Shown here piece after piece: positions 48,160-60,599 of a stretch of DNA of 64,000 bases; within the stretch, counting starts at the first letter, position 1; every line of letters starts with the position of its first letter. Made by a program: the position numbers and the translations under genes. The stretch comes from Haplodiscus bocki (Eukaryota). The stretch is taken from contig OZ296649.1 of the NCBI GenBank assembly GCA_965655095.1, positions 120,218,001 to 120,282,000 of the forward strand. The letters run 5' to 3'. Below the pieces are notes generated by a model. The model made no database searches and was not told where the DNA came from. It was given only the letters and a program-made list of their open reading frames with translations.

Positions 48160-48400
48160 ACATAGCCTATGCTGGGGTTCGAACCCGCTACTTTCAGATT
48201 CGATAGAATATATAAGGGGGGTACGAAAGGTCCAAAATTTTTTCGAAAATATCTAGATTATGGTAGTTTGCGGTATAAAGTGTACAAAAATTGTAGCTTT
48301 ACCGGGTTTCGAACCCGCAACCTATGTCTTTGGAGTCCTTTTCTCCTGCCCATTGGGCTATATAAAGTGTAAAAAATCTAGGCTGTGCCAGGGTTGAAAA
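48160..48400 (-). repeat. Cluster of 2-3 tRNA-derived units
   Basis: Minus strand of 48292-48360 reads tagcccaatggg...aggttgcgggttcgaaacccgg (A box + T arm). Partial units at ~48161-48200 and ~48378-48397. Confidence 0.55.
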
Positions 48401-50652
48401 AATGCTACTATGTACAAATTGGATCAATTCGACGTGAGTTATGTCATCTTACGATAAAGAATTTATTAAAACAGTCGGCCTCGTTACTAAAAGTAAAGCG
48501 CCAACTATAAACGCTGTATAAAAAAACTCGCTCACTAGAAAAATGGAACGTTAGAAAAAGGACGTTTCCAGCATTTGCGCCTATTTTTTTGTCTTTTCAA
48601 GTTTTTCACATTTTAACTGAAAGAAAAGTCTGTATTGGGAACCGTCTTATGCTTAGTTTTTTAAATCTTGTCTGAAACTTGCATTTTGGCATCATCAGAG
48701 CGTCTGGCGATGTAATGAAAACGATTAAAAAAACTATGTTCTAAGACATTTAGCAGGTAGTTTTTTTCGCATTGTAAAAGTGCTAATTTTGTAAACATTT
48801 TTTCTGAAAAAATGCATAACAGCCACCTAGAAAGTCACGTTTTTCAATGTCTTGAATGTGAAGCTCTGATGGTAGCATATTGTTCATTTCCGCGTTGCTT
48901 ACTGTTGAAATCCTACACTTTGCGCTGCAAAATGGCGAAATTTAAAAGCATGATTGACAGATTAATTGTTTGAGTATGAGGCACTTTGATAGGAACTTGT
49001 CTCAATTCGACTTTTTCGAACAGGCTTTCAATTGACAGCCGGTGTAGTAAGTGTCAATCACATCTCCGATCATATTTTCAATTGTTTCTCAAGACTTTTG
49101 ATGTGTAATTCTTATTTTTGGTCTCTACTGACAAGTCAGAATGTGTTTGCGAAGTTTCACTTTGTCTCGGTGCTGAACAATTTGCTAAACCATGAAGTGA
49201 ACCTTTAAGCAGTGAGTCTTGCCAAAAAAAGTGGTCAGGCACTTTTATACTAAAAGAGCCGCTAAGCGTCTGCATCATAGATTCCCCTCTCTGTCAATGT
49301 TCAAGAGATATTGCGAGGTTGGTTAGAGATTGGGTCGACATACCAAAAAATATTTCGAGAAAAAATTGTACCGAAAAGTTGAAATAAGGCAGAAAAAGCA
49401 AACATAGAACCGTTCATAAAAGACCAGTCGTTGAAATTTTGAAAACTCGTTGCCAAAAAATTTCGCTGGAACCAAAGAGAGTGGAAGTCAGGCTTTTTAT
49501 CCAACAAATTTCTGATTCAAGACGCCGAAATAATTGAGTAGTTTGAGTACTATTTGCGAAAAACTAGACTGAAACTTAATAAAAATGGGAAAGTCTTGTT
49601 AATTCAGAAATTCATGTCAGAAGTTTGAGGTAGACTTGCATCCGTTTCAGAGTTTCAGATAATTTAATCTTTTCGAAATCTTGATTGAATGGGCTGAGTT
49701 AGATGTCTGCACCTTTTGAAATCTGTTCAGATGTCAATTCAGGATTCGAATGGGTTTGAAATCTGTGGTAAATTGGTCCAGTCACCTTGCTGTGAAAACT
49801 GGCGTTCTTTTCATTCCCTCGTTATTCTATTCTTTAACATCCCAGAGTTTCAACTGGACTGATTCTTTCCTGCCAAAGAAAGGGAATAGTGACTTGATGG
49901 CGCAGCCAGGATAACAAGACCTTCCAAGAAATTGTTGATGCTAATTGACGGCCGTTGACAGAACTGTCTATTTGATGGAGGTCCCGCTCCGCCTTTTTAA
50001 CATTGATGAGCTCTTCCAACTGGAGCGTGCTGAGCAAATTTGGAAATCAATTGTCAGTAGATGTGTCTCACACAAATGGGAATTGACGTTTTCTTTCTGA
50101 GTTTCGGACAAAAAATGGGTGACGGTTTGGCAGATAAGGGTTTGAAGAGTAGTCATAAACTGTGGCCATTAAAGTGGTGAATGACAACTAATGAGGCTTA
50201 ATCGGTTCGAAATTCCAATAGCTTGGGGCAAAAAATATCTGTCCTACCTTTGCCACTCAACTTGGGGTCAATTTTGAGATGCAGTCGCATTCAAGTGATG
50301 GAATCGCTAAATATCGAGTTCATGTATATTGTACCTGATGATCAGAAACTGTAAAATAACGGTGAGGACTTTTATGCCCGACCATTACATTTTTGAACGT
50401 AATTGGATCGACCAACTTTACTCAAACTAATTTACTTCGCATGAACTTTCCCAAGGAGCATGGAGTAACCGGCATGTTTACGAAACATTTTCAACGAATC
50501 ATCCATCACATGTGTGAAAAAAACCCAAAAAAATCGTGATTTTGCATATGCTTCCTTTGCATTCAAAGCATTTCCGCTACTCAATTAACATCACAACGAC
50601 TTGTCTACTTCATCCCCTGACATATTATTTTAAGGCATGCAAGTACTGTCTA

Positions 50653-51188
50653 TAACAAGCACGGGCAAATACTCACAAACATCAAAATGTTCCTTCTACG
50701 AAATTTTTTCGGCACTGAGACAAAAATTCGTCCAAAATTCCTGATACCCCCCTTATGGATAAAAACTTTTTGGAACCAGAAACTTTCAGAAACACCAAAG
50801 GATTCCGCAACAAAATTCATGAATGTTTCAGTACTGTGGGACAAAAAATTTACGAAAGTCGTGATACCCCCCTTACGCATAAAATTTTTTGATAACGCAA
50901 TCTTTCCGAAACACCAAAAGACGCCTCACGAATTTTTTGTGGTATCTCCTGTTGTTTCCCAAAGTTTTCGCGCCCGACAAAGGGGCAGCGCCAGAAGTTT
51001 TCGGAGACATCAGAAAAACCAAAGAGCCCCCTGACAAATTTTTTCGGTACAGTGAGACTGAGACAAAAAGTTTTCGAAATCTTTTTGTGACACCCCCTTA
51101 TGCGCTCGACGAATGGTTTATGGTTTACTAAAATTTTTGGCGCCCTACACATGGGTCGCGCCAAATTTGAGCTGTTCTTAGCTTGTTA
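50653..51188 (+). mobile_element. Non-autonomous element with ~120-bp internal subrepeats, 8-bp inverted ends and a subterminal hairpin
   Basis: TAACAAGC (50653-50660) and GCTTGTTA (51181-51188). Stem TTTGGCGC/GCGCCAAA at 51136-51165. Subrepeat anchors at 50741, 50861 and 51087 belong to the same family as 46670-47040. Confidence 0.6.
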
Positions 51189-51369
51189 GCAATTAATTAA
51201 ACGAGGGGCTTAGTGACTTTTCTTGGGGAAATCAAGCAGGTAGTTTTGGAGAAGTATGTGTTCGAAAATGGAGGAACATGAAAACGAATCATAAATTTTT
51301 GCTTTTTCACCGGCCAAGATTCTGGTTCAAGGAGCTGAGCCAATTATATGATTCTGGAAGAAATCTCGA

Positions 51370-52150
51370 CAACTAGACAATTGCCAATTCAAATCTTGAT
51401 GAAAGATGTCGTTGGGATAGTTTCGTAGAAGTATTGGTTCGATTCTCGAGAAAAATTAAATATGATTAGAAAGTTAGGCTTTTGCGACGTGTCAAAGAAT
51501 CCAGTATCGTGAGCTAAATCAATGATATGATTTTTGAAGAGCTCTTTCAAACTAGAAAGTAGGTGATGGAGATGTGCATGCAGGAATTAGGTCGACAGAT
51601 TCGCTGATACATGAGTTTGAAAATCAAGCAGGATCCTTACTATTAACTTTTCGAGCATCTTTGGCTCATCACATTTCGGATTCGGGCGGACAAAATGAAT
51701 GCTAGTACAATTGAAAAATCGTCTTTAAGTGCCACCTTGTTGAATGATGTCTTGGTGGGAGAAGTGCTGGAGATAGCTTCAGACACTATTGATATAGAAA
51801 GTCAGTAATCATCATCTTCAGCGCTTTTCGGCATATTCGGGCTCTCAGTTTTCGGATGCAAGGGCCAAGAAAGGATTATAATATTTTCACATAACCTTCT
51901 GCAAGTATACATATGTCGTGTGAGATGTTGATGGAGGAAATCCTGGCCGTGGCTGTGGAGTATAGTGAGTTTGGATATCGTGAAAAATCTTTATTTCCGC
52001 CTTTTTGCGTTTTCGGCCTATTGGGGATTCAACGCTAGCAAGAGAAGCTATGATGTTTTTATCGAATAATCTTCTGAAAATAAATGACTCTCGAAGGAGG
52101 CTTTGATGGATGTTTTTTTGATAGTGTTTTTCGTGTAGTCTATTATAAGT
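51370..52150 (-). repeat. Degenerate ~180-bp tandem repeat, 4-5 units, inverted relative to 56470-58450
   Basis: (t/g)tg(a/g)tg(g/a) anchors at ~51395, 51563, 51750, 51927 and 52103. The reverse complement of 51920-52040 follows the gaatc..ataggccgaaa..cgatat.caaactc..gatttcctccatcaa pattern. Confidence 0.6.
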
Positions 52151-52204
52151 TTTGATTATAAGTTGAATTGTGTAAAATTTTCGGAATTTCTGTAGGTTGA
52201 AACC

Positions 52205-52990
52205 CTGCCACAGTACCCGATAATACCCGGAAAAAATTCAAATATAAAATAATTTTAGGCAACAAGTCGAAAATCCGAAAGTAAAACTGCGGTGAAAAAA
52301 GCATTTGTTCGTAGGAATTGATATCACGAAAGACGTATAAATGTGTGGCTGTAGTGGGGATCGAACCCAGACCTTTGTTTTCCTAACCTTGTTTATTGTG
52401 ACTAACCACTACACTAAGGAAGTCAGGTGTGATGTCGATAAACTTAAGCTAGAAATTACCTGATGGAAAATTAACATAATAGGAAAACAAATGGAGAAAA
52501 AATTTTACATATTGAGTGGATTTTCTTTTCGTTATATATTACAACGGAAAAAAAGCAATGCTAATGATCTGCTTGATGTTTCCGAATGAGTTTTTGTGCT
52601 GCGAACATACCCCGTCATTTTCAGAAACCCCATCCGAAATGAAACTCAAGCTAGGGTACCCGATAATGCTTAAAAAAGTTCAACTTTGAAAAAAGTTCGC
52701 GCAAAACTCTTCAAAAATCCGAAACCAAAACTCTCTGCTGTAAAAAAAAGTTGAATATTTTCCCGTGTAAGTTGATAAAAACGCGAACGACGTTTTGAAG
52801 AGTCTGGTGGCAGTCGGGTTCGAACGTGGACCTTGGTCGTCCGGACATCGTCTTCTGAGATTAAACGCTACACTAAGGAAGTCAGGTAGGATATCGTAAC
52901 CTTGAGCGAAAATTTACTTGAGAAATTGTCTACATAATGAATTCTATTTCTTTTCGTGATAAAATACGGCCGAAAGTAAAATAGTTTTAA
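52205..52990 (-). repeat. Tandem dimer (~445-460 bp), each unit carrying a tRNA-like head
   Basis: gtacccgataat at 52213/52657 and ctacactaaggaagtcaggt at 52409/52868. Minus strand of 52345-52422 reads ttccttagtgtagtggttagtcac...aggtctgggttcgatcccc, resembling the tRNA-Val 5' end plus T arm. Confidence 0.7.
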
Positions 52991-54599
52991 ACAGCGATTG
53001 ACCAAACCAAAATCTCTAGCTCAATTCTCGTTTTTTTTTTCATGTTTCAGTGAATTCATTTCTCATGTTTAACCGTGCGTTGTAATCTGAAACAGTTGAA
53101 TTTCAACCAATTGTTGTCCAAGGGCAAAGAAAACACAGGTTACTTTCTATTTTGAAGTTTTGCTTTTTTTGGTCGCAAAATAGCACAGTTTATTTCGTTG
53201 CACCGCAAAAATCTGTCAAACTGTCTAGTGATTTGACTGATGAAGGCATTTATCCACATCCGGGAGCTTTTCATACTGGCAAAAATATTCTTTTGTTTTG
53301 CACAGAACAATCATAATTCATTTTTTGCATTTTAAAAAATCACCGACGTGTGGTGCATGTCTTTTGTGTTTGTTTCGCCTAGGCCGCCTGATTTGATTAT
53401 AAGTTCTGCACCTGCTTTCACTAAATCCGATCAATAATAGCTGAGGATTCAGCGTTGGAGAATAAGCAGAGTGTCTTTAAGTGCCCCTTTGTTTATCTCC
53501 TGTGTACCAGTACCTTTACGGCTGCATATTCGTGATTAAATAAACGTTTGTGCCATTTATAGTGGGTGCCAAAGCCCCTAGTGTCACCATGCTTGTTGCC
53601 AATCATAATAATCGAAACATCCCATTGTTTACACCAGCCGGAAAAAGCAGCCTCCAAATTCCAACCTTTTGTCAAATTTCAGTGATATCACGTGGTTTAA
53701 ATTTGTTTTTTTTCCACGCTGCGTTCCGGGAGTTCATAGTAACAGAACTGGTCATGGATGTTTGTGTGAGTCATATTTGGCCACAATGTGCGTACTGCGC
53801 TGTTTCAAAATTTTTATTAGCATTGATGCCCCGGCTACGTGGTATTGTCTCATCAATTTTTAAGGGGCTTTGAGGCGCCTGTACAAAATCGATTTGATTA
53901 TTGAAATTGTCTCAACAGAAAATTTAAAATTGGCTTTACAGCAGTTTGAAATGCAGGTTTAAATTTAGAAACATGTAAATATATGCTTCAGCTGTTAAAA
54001 TATTACGAATATGAATTGGAAAATTTCACCTGGTTGGAATTTGATAGTAGTGTGAATGTCAGTATTCACCAGTGTCATCAATAGAATCATGTATCAATGA
54101 AATTGTGCAAAAATTCGGAAAAAAATGCATGGAATAAATTCAGACAAATGATGGTCCAGGAAAGTAAAACTAAAATTAAATACAAAATGGCATAGATGAG
54201 TTACTATTACGGATTTTTTGTATCTGGCGACACATTATTGATGAACGGGACTTGCTTTTTTAACAGGCGGGCTTGGTCCAAAAAATTTTGTGGAAGTAAA
54301 TGGGATGCCAAACTGATGGACTGCTTGAGCAACAAAAATGCTAATTTTTTACCAAAAAGTTTAGAGCTACAATATCAGTGCGGCCTACAAGGCTTGAAAC
54401 ACGTAAGGGGGGCATTTGGTGTTTTGAATTTTTCTGGTTTCCGGAAAGCTTTGATATCTCAATTTTGATCTCGCAGTGCATATTGTTGGTTTGAAAATTT
54501 GCTTTTCCTGTACTGGGTTTCAGTGCATAAAATAAATAAATTAAAAAAATGCCAATTCATAGGTCAATTCATCTGGCAGTAATACTACATCAAAAGTAT

Positions 54600-55900
54600 A
54601 AGTTTACATTGAAAATGTACGTAGTTACGCCAGAAGACACATTCCAGGGCAACTTTTCCGCTCAACAGAGGCCTCGAAAAAAATAATGCGTAAAATAAAT
54701 GCAAGCAATTTTTTTCTGAGCATTCATTGCTTCTGAAACTTTGTAAATTAGTTATAAATTCCAAAGTCTCTAAATTAAACTTCAGGACTGTGAAAATGTT
54801 CAAAGCACACTTGAGACTATTTGAGAGATCTCATTGCAGCTGCAAAATAGTTTTTAAAAAGGAGAGTCCCCATCCACTGGCCTACCTAGCTGAAGTGGGG
54901 GAAGTCATGCATGCGCGGCTGTGGAAGATTGCATGAGAAGGCGAGGGTACTGCATTGAAACGTAGACGTCAAAATTTAGAGATGGGATTAATTTTGATTC
55001 TTTGACTAGTTCCGTTTTAGATGCAAACGTAGTCTCAATACCGCTTCAACTAGCTCTTATTTACCCATGATAAAGTTCGTAAAGAATTGGTGCGGGAATT
55101 TTTTGATGTTCCGTTGACTGAAATTACGAACTGTTGAAGTGCTTGGCAAAACATGGCACTAAAAATTTGTTGAAAAGGACTCTTCGTGCTTCTGATTGTT
55201 GAAGAGGCTTCCAATGAATGGGGATGGGGAATAGCGGTAGAACATAGCAAAGTTCTCGAGGTATAAGATTTTGCCGGTATGTTCTGGACAGTCTCGAGTA
55301 TTTGGACAGGCTTACTACCCGAATACAATTAAACAATAATTTAAGAAGTATTGGCAATGCAGTTAATTTGGCATGGCTCGTTCATGTTCTCTCATGATAT
55401 CTTGTAAACTAGCAAAATTAGAAATTAAAAAATGCCGTGTAAAATCCGTTCTTTAAAATCTTTGGTTTGGGACATAAGTGTGCTAACGAATTGCACCCGT
55501 AAATAAGAACTCCGGATTGAATCAACGGTGTAATATGTAACTTGTACTACATCAGTAATTCACTTCGCGTGAGCATTCCACGGGACCGATAAATCTTAGA
55601 TTTACTGTACAACAGGTTTCTTTTTTTAGTAACATGGTCCTTGAATGATAGCTTGTCGTCTATCGTAACTCCAAAATGTTTGAGGCAGTTTGTTTCCAAT
55701 TTCCGATTCACCAATAACTACTTCATCCTGTGGTTCATCAGTATTATTATTTTTTTCCGTCGCAAATTTTTTTTTCGAAAGGAAAATGTTCAATTCAGTA
55801 GTCGGCGTTTTTTCCTTTTCTTGAAACCGCCCATGACGCGCAGAGGTCAAGTCTGCAGAGTCGTTGGTGTCTTGTATATTACATGTGTCGGGTGTCACTG
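54600..55900 (-). pseudogene. Possible eroded hAT (ZMYM1/DUF4371-like) transposase
   Basis: Ordered fragments: RRQAIIQGPC; MREHER; HEES.STNF; FAKH; TLSWVN / ELVEAV; ELVKESKL..SLNFD; later EISQIV and FRS. They resemble the TTF-finger lead-in, the S..IQNELIE and VKE.K.FS...DE motifs and the dimerisation region. Many frameshifts. Confidence 0.4.
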
Positions 55901-56469
55901 CGGTTTCGGAGCCGGAGGGTTCGAATGTTGCTAACGACCATATTTTTTACGTATTTTTAGATACTCGTTAACACGTTCGTATTTTTTAACAGCAAAAATT
56001 AGAGCTTCTTCGACAAAAATTCAGGATTTTTTGGTAAGTGGGCTCTTTGTCTCAAAAATTATCCCTTTTTCGACGTAACCGAAACAAATTTGTTCTTTTC
56101 GAAAAAATTTTTAAAAGTTGGAGAAAATTTTTTCAATTTTCCTGAGAAAACCGAAAAAAAAAGTTTTGAGTCTGTTAAAAAGTTTGCTGAAGTTTCTTTA
56201 TAAAATTAAATAATTCTACAAATGTTTCCGGTTGTTACGTTTCAGTTTTTTCACTAGCCTAATTTATCCGAAGGCGAAAAATGTTTTTTTTCGAACATTC
56301 TGCTGCATCATATCGTTATGTGATATCGAGATTGACATAATGCCAAAAAGCCCGATTAGTATTGAATTTCCTTGATTTTGAAACTCTTACTGTCTGCAGA
56401 AATATAGATTTAAGTTTGCTATCTAGGTCTCAGTTGGATGGTTTCCACTCGTGGTGAACTGTTCTATTG

Positions 56470-58450
56470 GAGAATTATCGATTTTGTTCCTTGCATCAGA
56501 ATCCTGATAGTCCTAAAATTAAAAAAAGTGCTTTTTGTAGTATATTTTATCGATATTTAGACACTTATTTCTCAACTACTGCGAGCTTGATTTCTTCCTT
56601 CAAAGTCCCAATCGAAAGCCTGATGTTTTTGGAGGATGATTTGATTGAAAACCAATATTTTTGATCCTTCCATTTTACTCCGGTTAGTCAGAAAATTCAA
56701 AAAATGTTTAATATTATTGATTTGTCTCTATAATCAAACTCATATTTCTCAGTAACAACAGGTTTGATTTCTCGTACCAAGTTTCCCATCGAAAACTTCC
56801 GCTTACAAAGGGCGATTCAATTAACAAATCATTTGTTCTGATCCATGTAGCAGTTTTGTGACAGTCCAAAAAGTGCTGTTCTATTCTTATCGATCGATAT
56901 TCAAACTATTAATTCTCTGCCACTACAAGGTCCATTTCCTCCATCAAGATCTCAATCGAAAACTTGGCACTTGCGAACGACTATCCAACGAAAAAATCAT
57001 TGTTTTTTCCCCTTGCATCAGAATCCTGATATTCCGAAAATTCCGAAGAAAACCTTTTAATTTTAATTTTTCTCGATATTCGAACTCTTATTTCACCTAA
57101 ACTACAGGCTTCATCTCTTCCACCAGGGTCGGTATCAAAAACTTTCCAGCTCCACAGAATTTTTCCAAAAGAGATTTGTTGATTTTTGTTCCCTGCATCA
57201 GAGTCTTAACAGTCCCAAATTTCCAAAAAAAATGCTTTTCTTATTCATTTCGCTCAATATTCAAGCTTTTATTCCTCAGTCACTACAAATTCGAAGTCCT
57301 CCATCAAGAACCCTATCTAAAACCTAACACATTTTGAGGTGAAAAAGGTGAAAACATGTTGAGGAATCTTGAGGTGAAAAAGTCTTGATTTTTTTCGTTT
57401 CATCAAAATCCTGATAGTCCGAAATTTCCAAATGAACCTATCAATAATTTTTCTCGATATTCAAAGCCATCCTCATTTGCCACCCATAACTGCAGGCTTC
57501 ATTTCTTCTATCAAGATTTCAATCAATAGCTTTGCAGTTGTATAAACTTTTTCGATTGAAATTTTGTCGATTTTGTTCTTTGCATTGGGGAATACTGGCA
57601 GTCCGATATTCCAAATAAGGCTATTTATAATGTTATGTCGATATTGTAACTCTTAATTCTCTAGAGGCTTGGTATCTTCCATTTTGGTCTCTGCCGAGAG
57701 CTTGAAGCTTGTGGTGATCGATTGACAAATCAAGTCATCGTTTTTTTCTTCGCGTTGGAATCTTGGTACTCCGAAATTTCTAAAATATGCTTTTACTTTT
57801 GATTTATGTCGGCATCCTAAGTCATCTTTGTCGGCAACTACGGGCTTCATTTTTCCACCAAGATCGCAATCGAAGATTTCCGCTGTTGAGAAGTAATAAT
57901 TCGAGGAGTGGTAATGACTATCCTTTCCGTTCCTTTCGATTGACTTCTGATGGTCAAAAATGTCAAGATGTATTCTTCAATATGGAGTCGTCTCGATTTT
58001 CTAACCTGGGTTTCCTCAATAACTACTAACTTGATGTCTTCCTTCAAAATTTCAATCTAATGCTTCGTACTTGAGTTAGAATGTTTGATTAAGAAATAGT
58101 TGAAATTGTACCCTTCTGTTGAATCTTGGTGGACCAGAATTGCCAGAAAGTGCTTTTAGTCTTGACACACCTCGATATTCAAACTCTACTTCTTTTTTTT
58201 CCATCAGGGTGTCAATCTCGGTAGCTGAAGCTTTTTGTTCGTTTCTAAATATCCTAAATTATGGTCTGTACACCGGAATTGAAATCTTGATAGGCCAGAA
58301 GTGGCAAAAGTGCTTTTAGTCCACACATAGCTCAAAGTTCCAACTCATCCTTCTGGAAAACTACAGCTTTGTATTCCTGTATCAAGTTTTCAATGGACGC
58401 TTTCATACTACTACATGACTCAATATTCTTCCATCAAGATCTCCATCGAC
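56470..58450 (+). repeat. Old degenerate ~180-bp tandem repeat, ~11 units
   Basis: gcatcagaatcctgatagtcc-like anchors at ~56491, 56670, 56845, 57013, 57193, 57399, 57581, 57751, 57935, 58115 and 58275. Recurring tcgatattcaaactc and ggcttgatttcttccatcaagat motifs. Confidence 0.85.
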
Positions 58451-59444
58451 ACCTTTTTTCTCTCAAATATCAATGTTCAATCTCTCATTTCTGTGCCGCC
58501 TTGATTGAAAATATCGCAATGCGACTGCGCCTCTTGTTACTTTAGAGTTGTATAAGTTGCATTTGAGCCTATTCACAGCCTTCCATTATCCAATCGAAGA
58601 GGATTTTTTCTAACATGCAAATATCGAAAGACAAAAGCGTTCGTTCGAAGAGAGCATACATCGTTATTTGTGAAATGGATATGGTACGCAGATTGTTCCC
58701 ATATGGAAGAAAGATGAACTTAACATAGCTCCTCGAGGCACGCTGCCGGTTAATACGGTACGTGATATCATATCATTTACTTGACGACGCTGTCGTCGGT
58801 TAGCAAAACTACAACTTAAAGGAAAATGAAGTGCACCTCTGAAGCTTTAACTCGATAACTGCGGCTATAGCTATCAGAAATTTTTGAAAGTGTAGAGATG
58901 CTTAATACAGGGATTCTTTTTTATCATTAGCGATACGTATGTGCTCCAGGATACAGGCGAGAGCATTAATTGTTCTTCGTTTTTCTCTGGAGCGGAATTG
59001 ATTGTCCACCAGAAAATCAAATTTATCAATGTTCTCCGACAACCTCGTATAAAGCACTTGCGCAGAAACTTTGCTAATCTTAGGCAAATGGAAATGATGC
59101 GATAATTAGAAAACATTTTTATCAACATCCTTATATAAAGCAGCAACATTTTGAAGTTTTCAACCCATCTGGGAAAATGTCAGCTGGCATATATCGGTTG
59201 ATGGGAGTAGATAAAAGGTCTGCATTTCCTACTAACTATTGTTTTACCTTTTCACTGCTTTTGGCGGCTGGTGTTTCTAACCGGCCACAATGAGATGATA
59301 TTCTCTCTCACAAGCGCTTGTTGGATGTAAAAAAAATAAACTTGCGTTGCGAGTTAACATAGTTGTGATCTTATTGGAGTGGAGCGATGGATACTGAGAC
59401 CTTCGCCCACAAAATAGTGGCGGAATTGACCAACAGTATTTCTC

Positions 59445-59523
<79 letters not shown>
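59445..59523. repeat. (TCTG)19 microsatellite
   Basis: Perfect tetranucleotide run; it explains the DRQT-repeat ORF 59277-59543. Confidence 0.99.
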
Positions 59524-59527
<4 letters not shown>

Positions 59528-60234
59528 TGGTAAACTGGGACACGTTACTTCATTGCCCTTGCCATTTACATGATTTAGTTGGCGATGAAAATTTTTTATA
59601 TTGCCTCATTCTCGTCAAAATTTTTCTGGACATGTTGGCTCTAAGCCGAACGGATAATTTTTTGTTATAATTCTCTTCAAAACAAAGCTTTTTCCGTTAT
59701 TGGCATCTTTGCGATTTCTGACGGAAGTGTATAGCTTCTTTGTTTTACGTATTGCTGGGGAGGAGACAAATGAAAGCGACAATTTGTACGCAATAATGGC
59801 GTCGTCAGATTGCGATGAAAGTTGCCACTTGGGATTAACATTTCATAGCCTTTCTTTCCTGAATAGCCAACCCAATGGATGGATTAGCGCAAAACGCAAC
59901 TTGCCACGATTTGAATCAGAACACTGAAAGGAGCGGAAGTACTTTTTGAACAGATGATAAGACTTCCGAAACTTCCGTTTACATAAACGTACTTCAGAGT
60001 CGTGTCGAGTTGAATACCCAGAACTTAGAAACCATGGGTGCTGAGATTTTGATGCTATCCAAAAACTTTTCTGTCGGTTTCACAAAATCTGCTGAAAAAG
60101 GAAATGAAAAAACACCCGCAAATTATTATTTTTTATTTTTGCGCTGGTCTTGCAAAGATCAGACACGTCGAAGATGAACGCGACACGTGTCGAGAGCTTC
60201 TCTGCCAGCGTAGGTGATTCTTCACTATAATCTG

Positions 60235-60265
60235 TCGCCCCAGAATCTGGCGAATACTGACTAGT
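60235..60265 (+). mobile_element. Helitron-like 3' terminus (hairpin followed by CTAG|T)
   Basis: TCGCC-ccagaatct-GGCGA stem-loop (60235-60253), then 7 nt, CTAG at 60261-60264 and T. The 5' end was not identified. Confidence 0.4.
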
Positions 60266-60599
60266 CAACAAAGACTAGTCGAAGGGAGATATGCACTTTC
60301 CCATCAAAAACACTGCAACATTGCTTCTCCTTCAGTGTTACGTTAGAATTTCACACCGACCTGCATGGAACAACAGGAGGAGCGAGCGAACATTTTCAGG
60401 TAGAGTTAAGTTTTCGAATTTTTTTGCTGAACCCTCGGCAAATTTACATTCACACCAACTTCAGAAAATCGATCTAAGCTCCGGAATTTTGTTGCGATAG
60501 CTTTTTCAAAGTTTAAGTAAAGTTGCGCTTTATAACCGTTTAAAAACCCGTCAATTTACACGAAAATTCTTAAAATGGAGACTTTGACGATCCTTTACA

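Noticed and set aside
48292-48360. tRNA-Trp gene (CTCCAAA loop on the minus strand)
   Set aside because: Anticodon and acceptor stems do not pair; treated as a tRNA-derived repeat.
49000-50200. Coding-looking minus-strand fragments (e.g. LQLEELINVKKAERDLHQID)
   Set aside because: Possibly another decayed gene or element, but no family motif was recognised.
53350-53880. Short overlapping ORFs of 60-107 aa
   Set aside because: No recognisable domain or splice structure.
56470-58450. ~180-bp repeat as a 60-aa protein repeat (LRR/ankyrin-like)
   Set aside because: Unit lengths vary irregularly and no open frame spans more than about one unit.
59277-59543. DRQT-repeat protein
   Set aside because: Translation of the (TCTG)n microsatellite.
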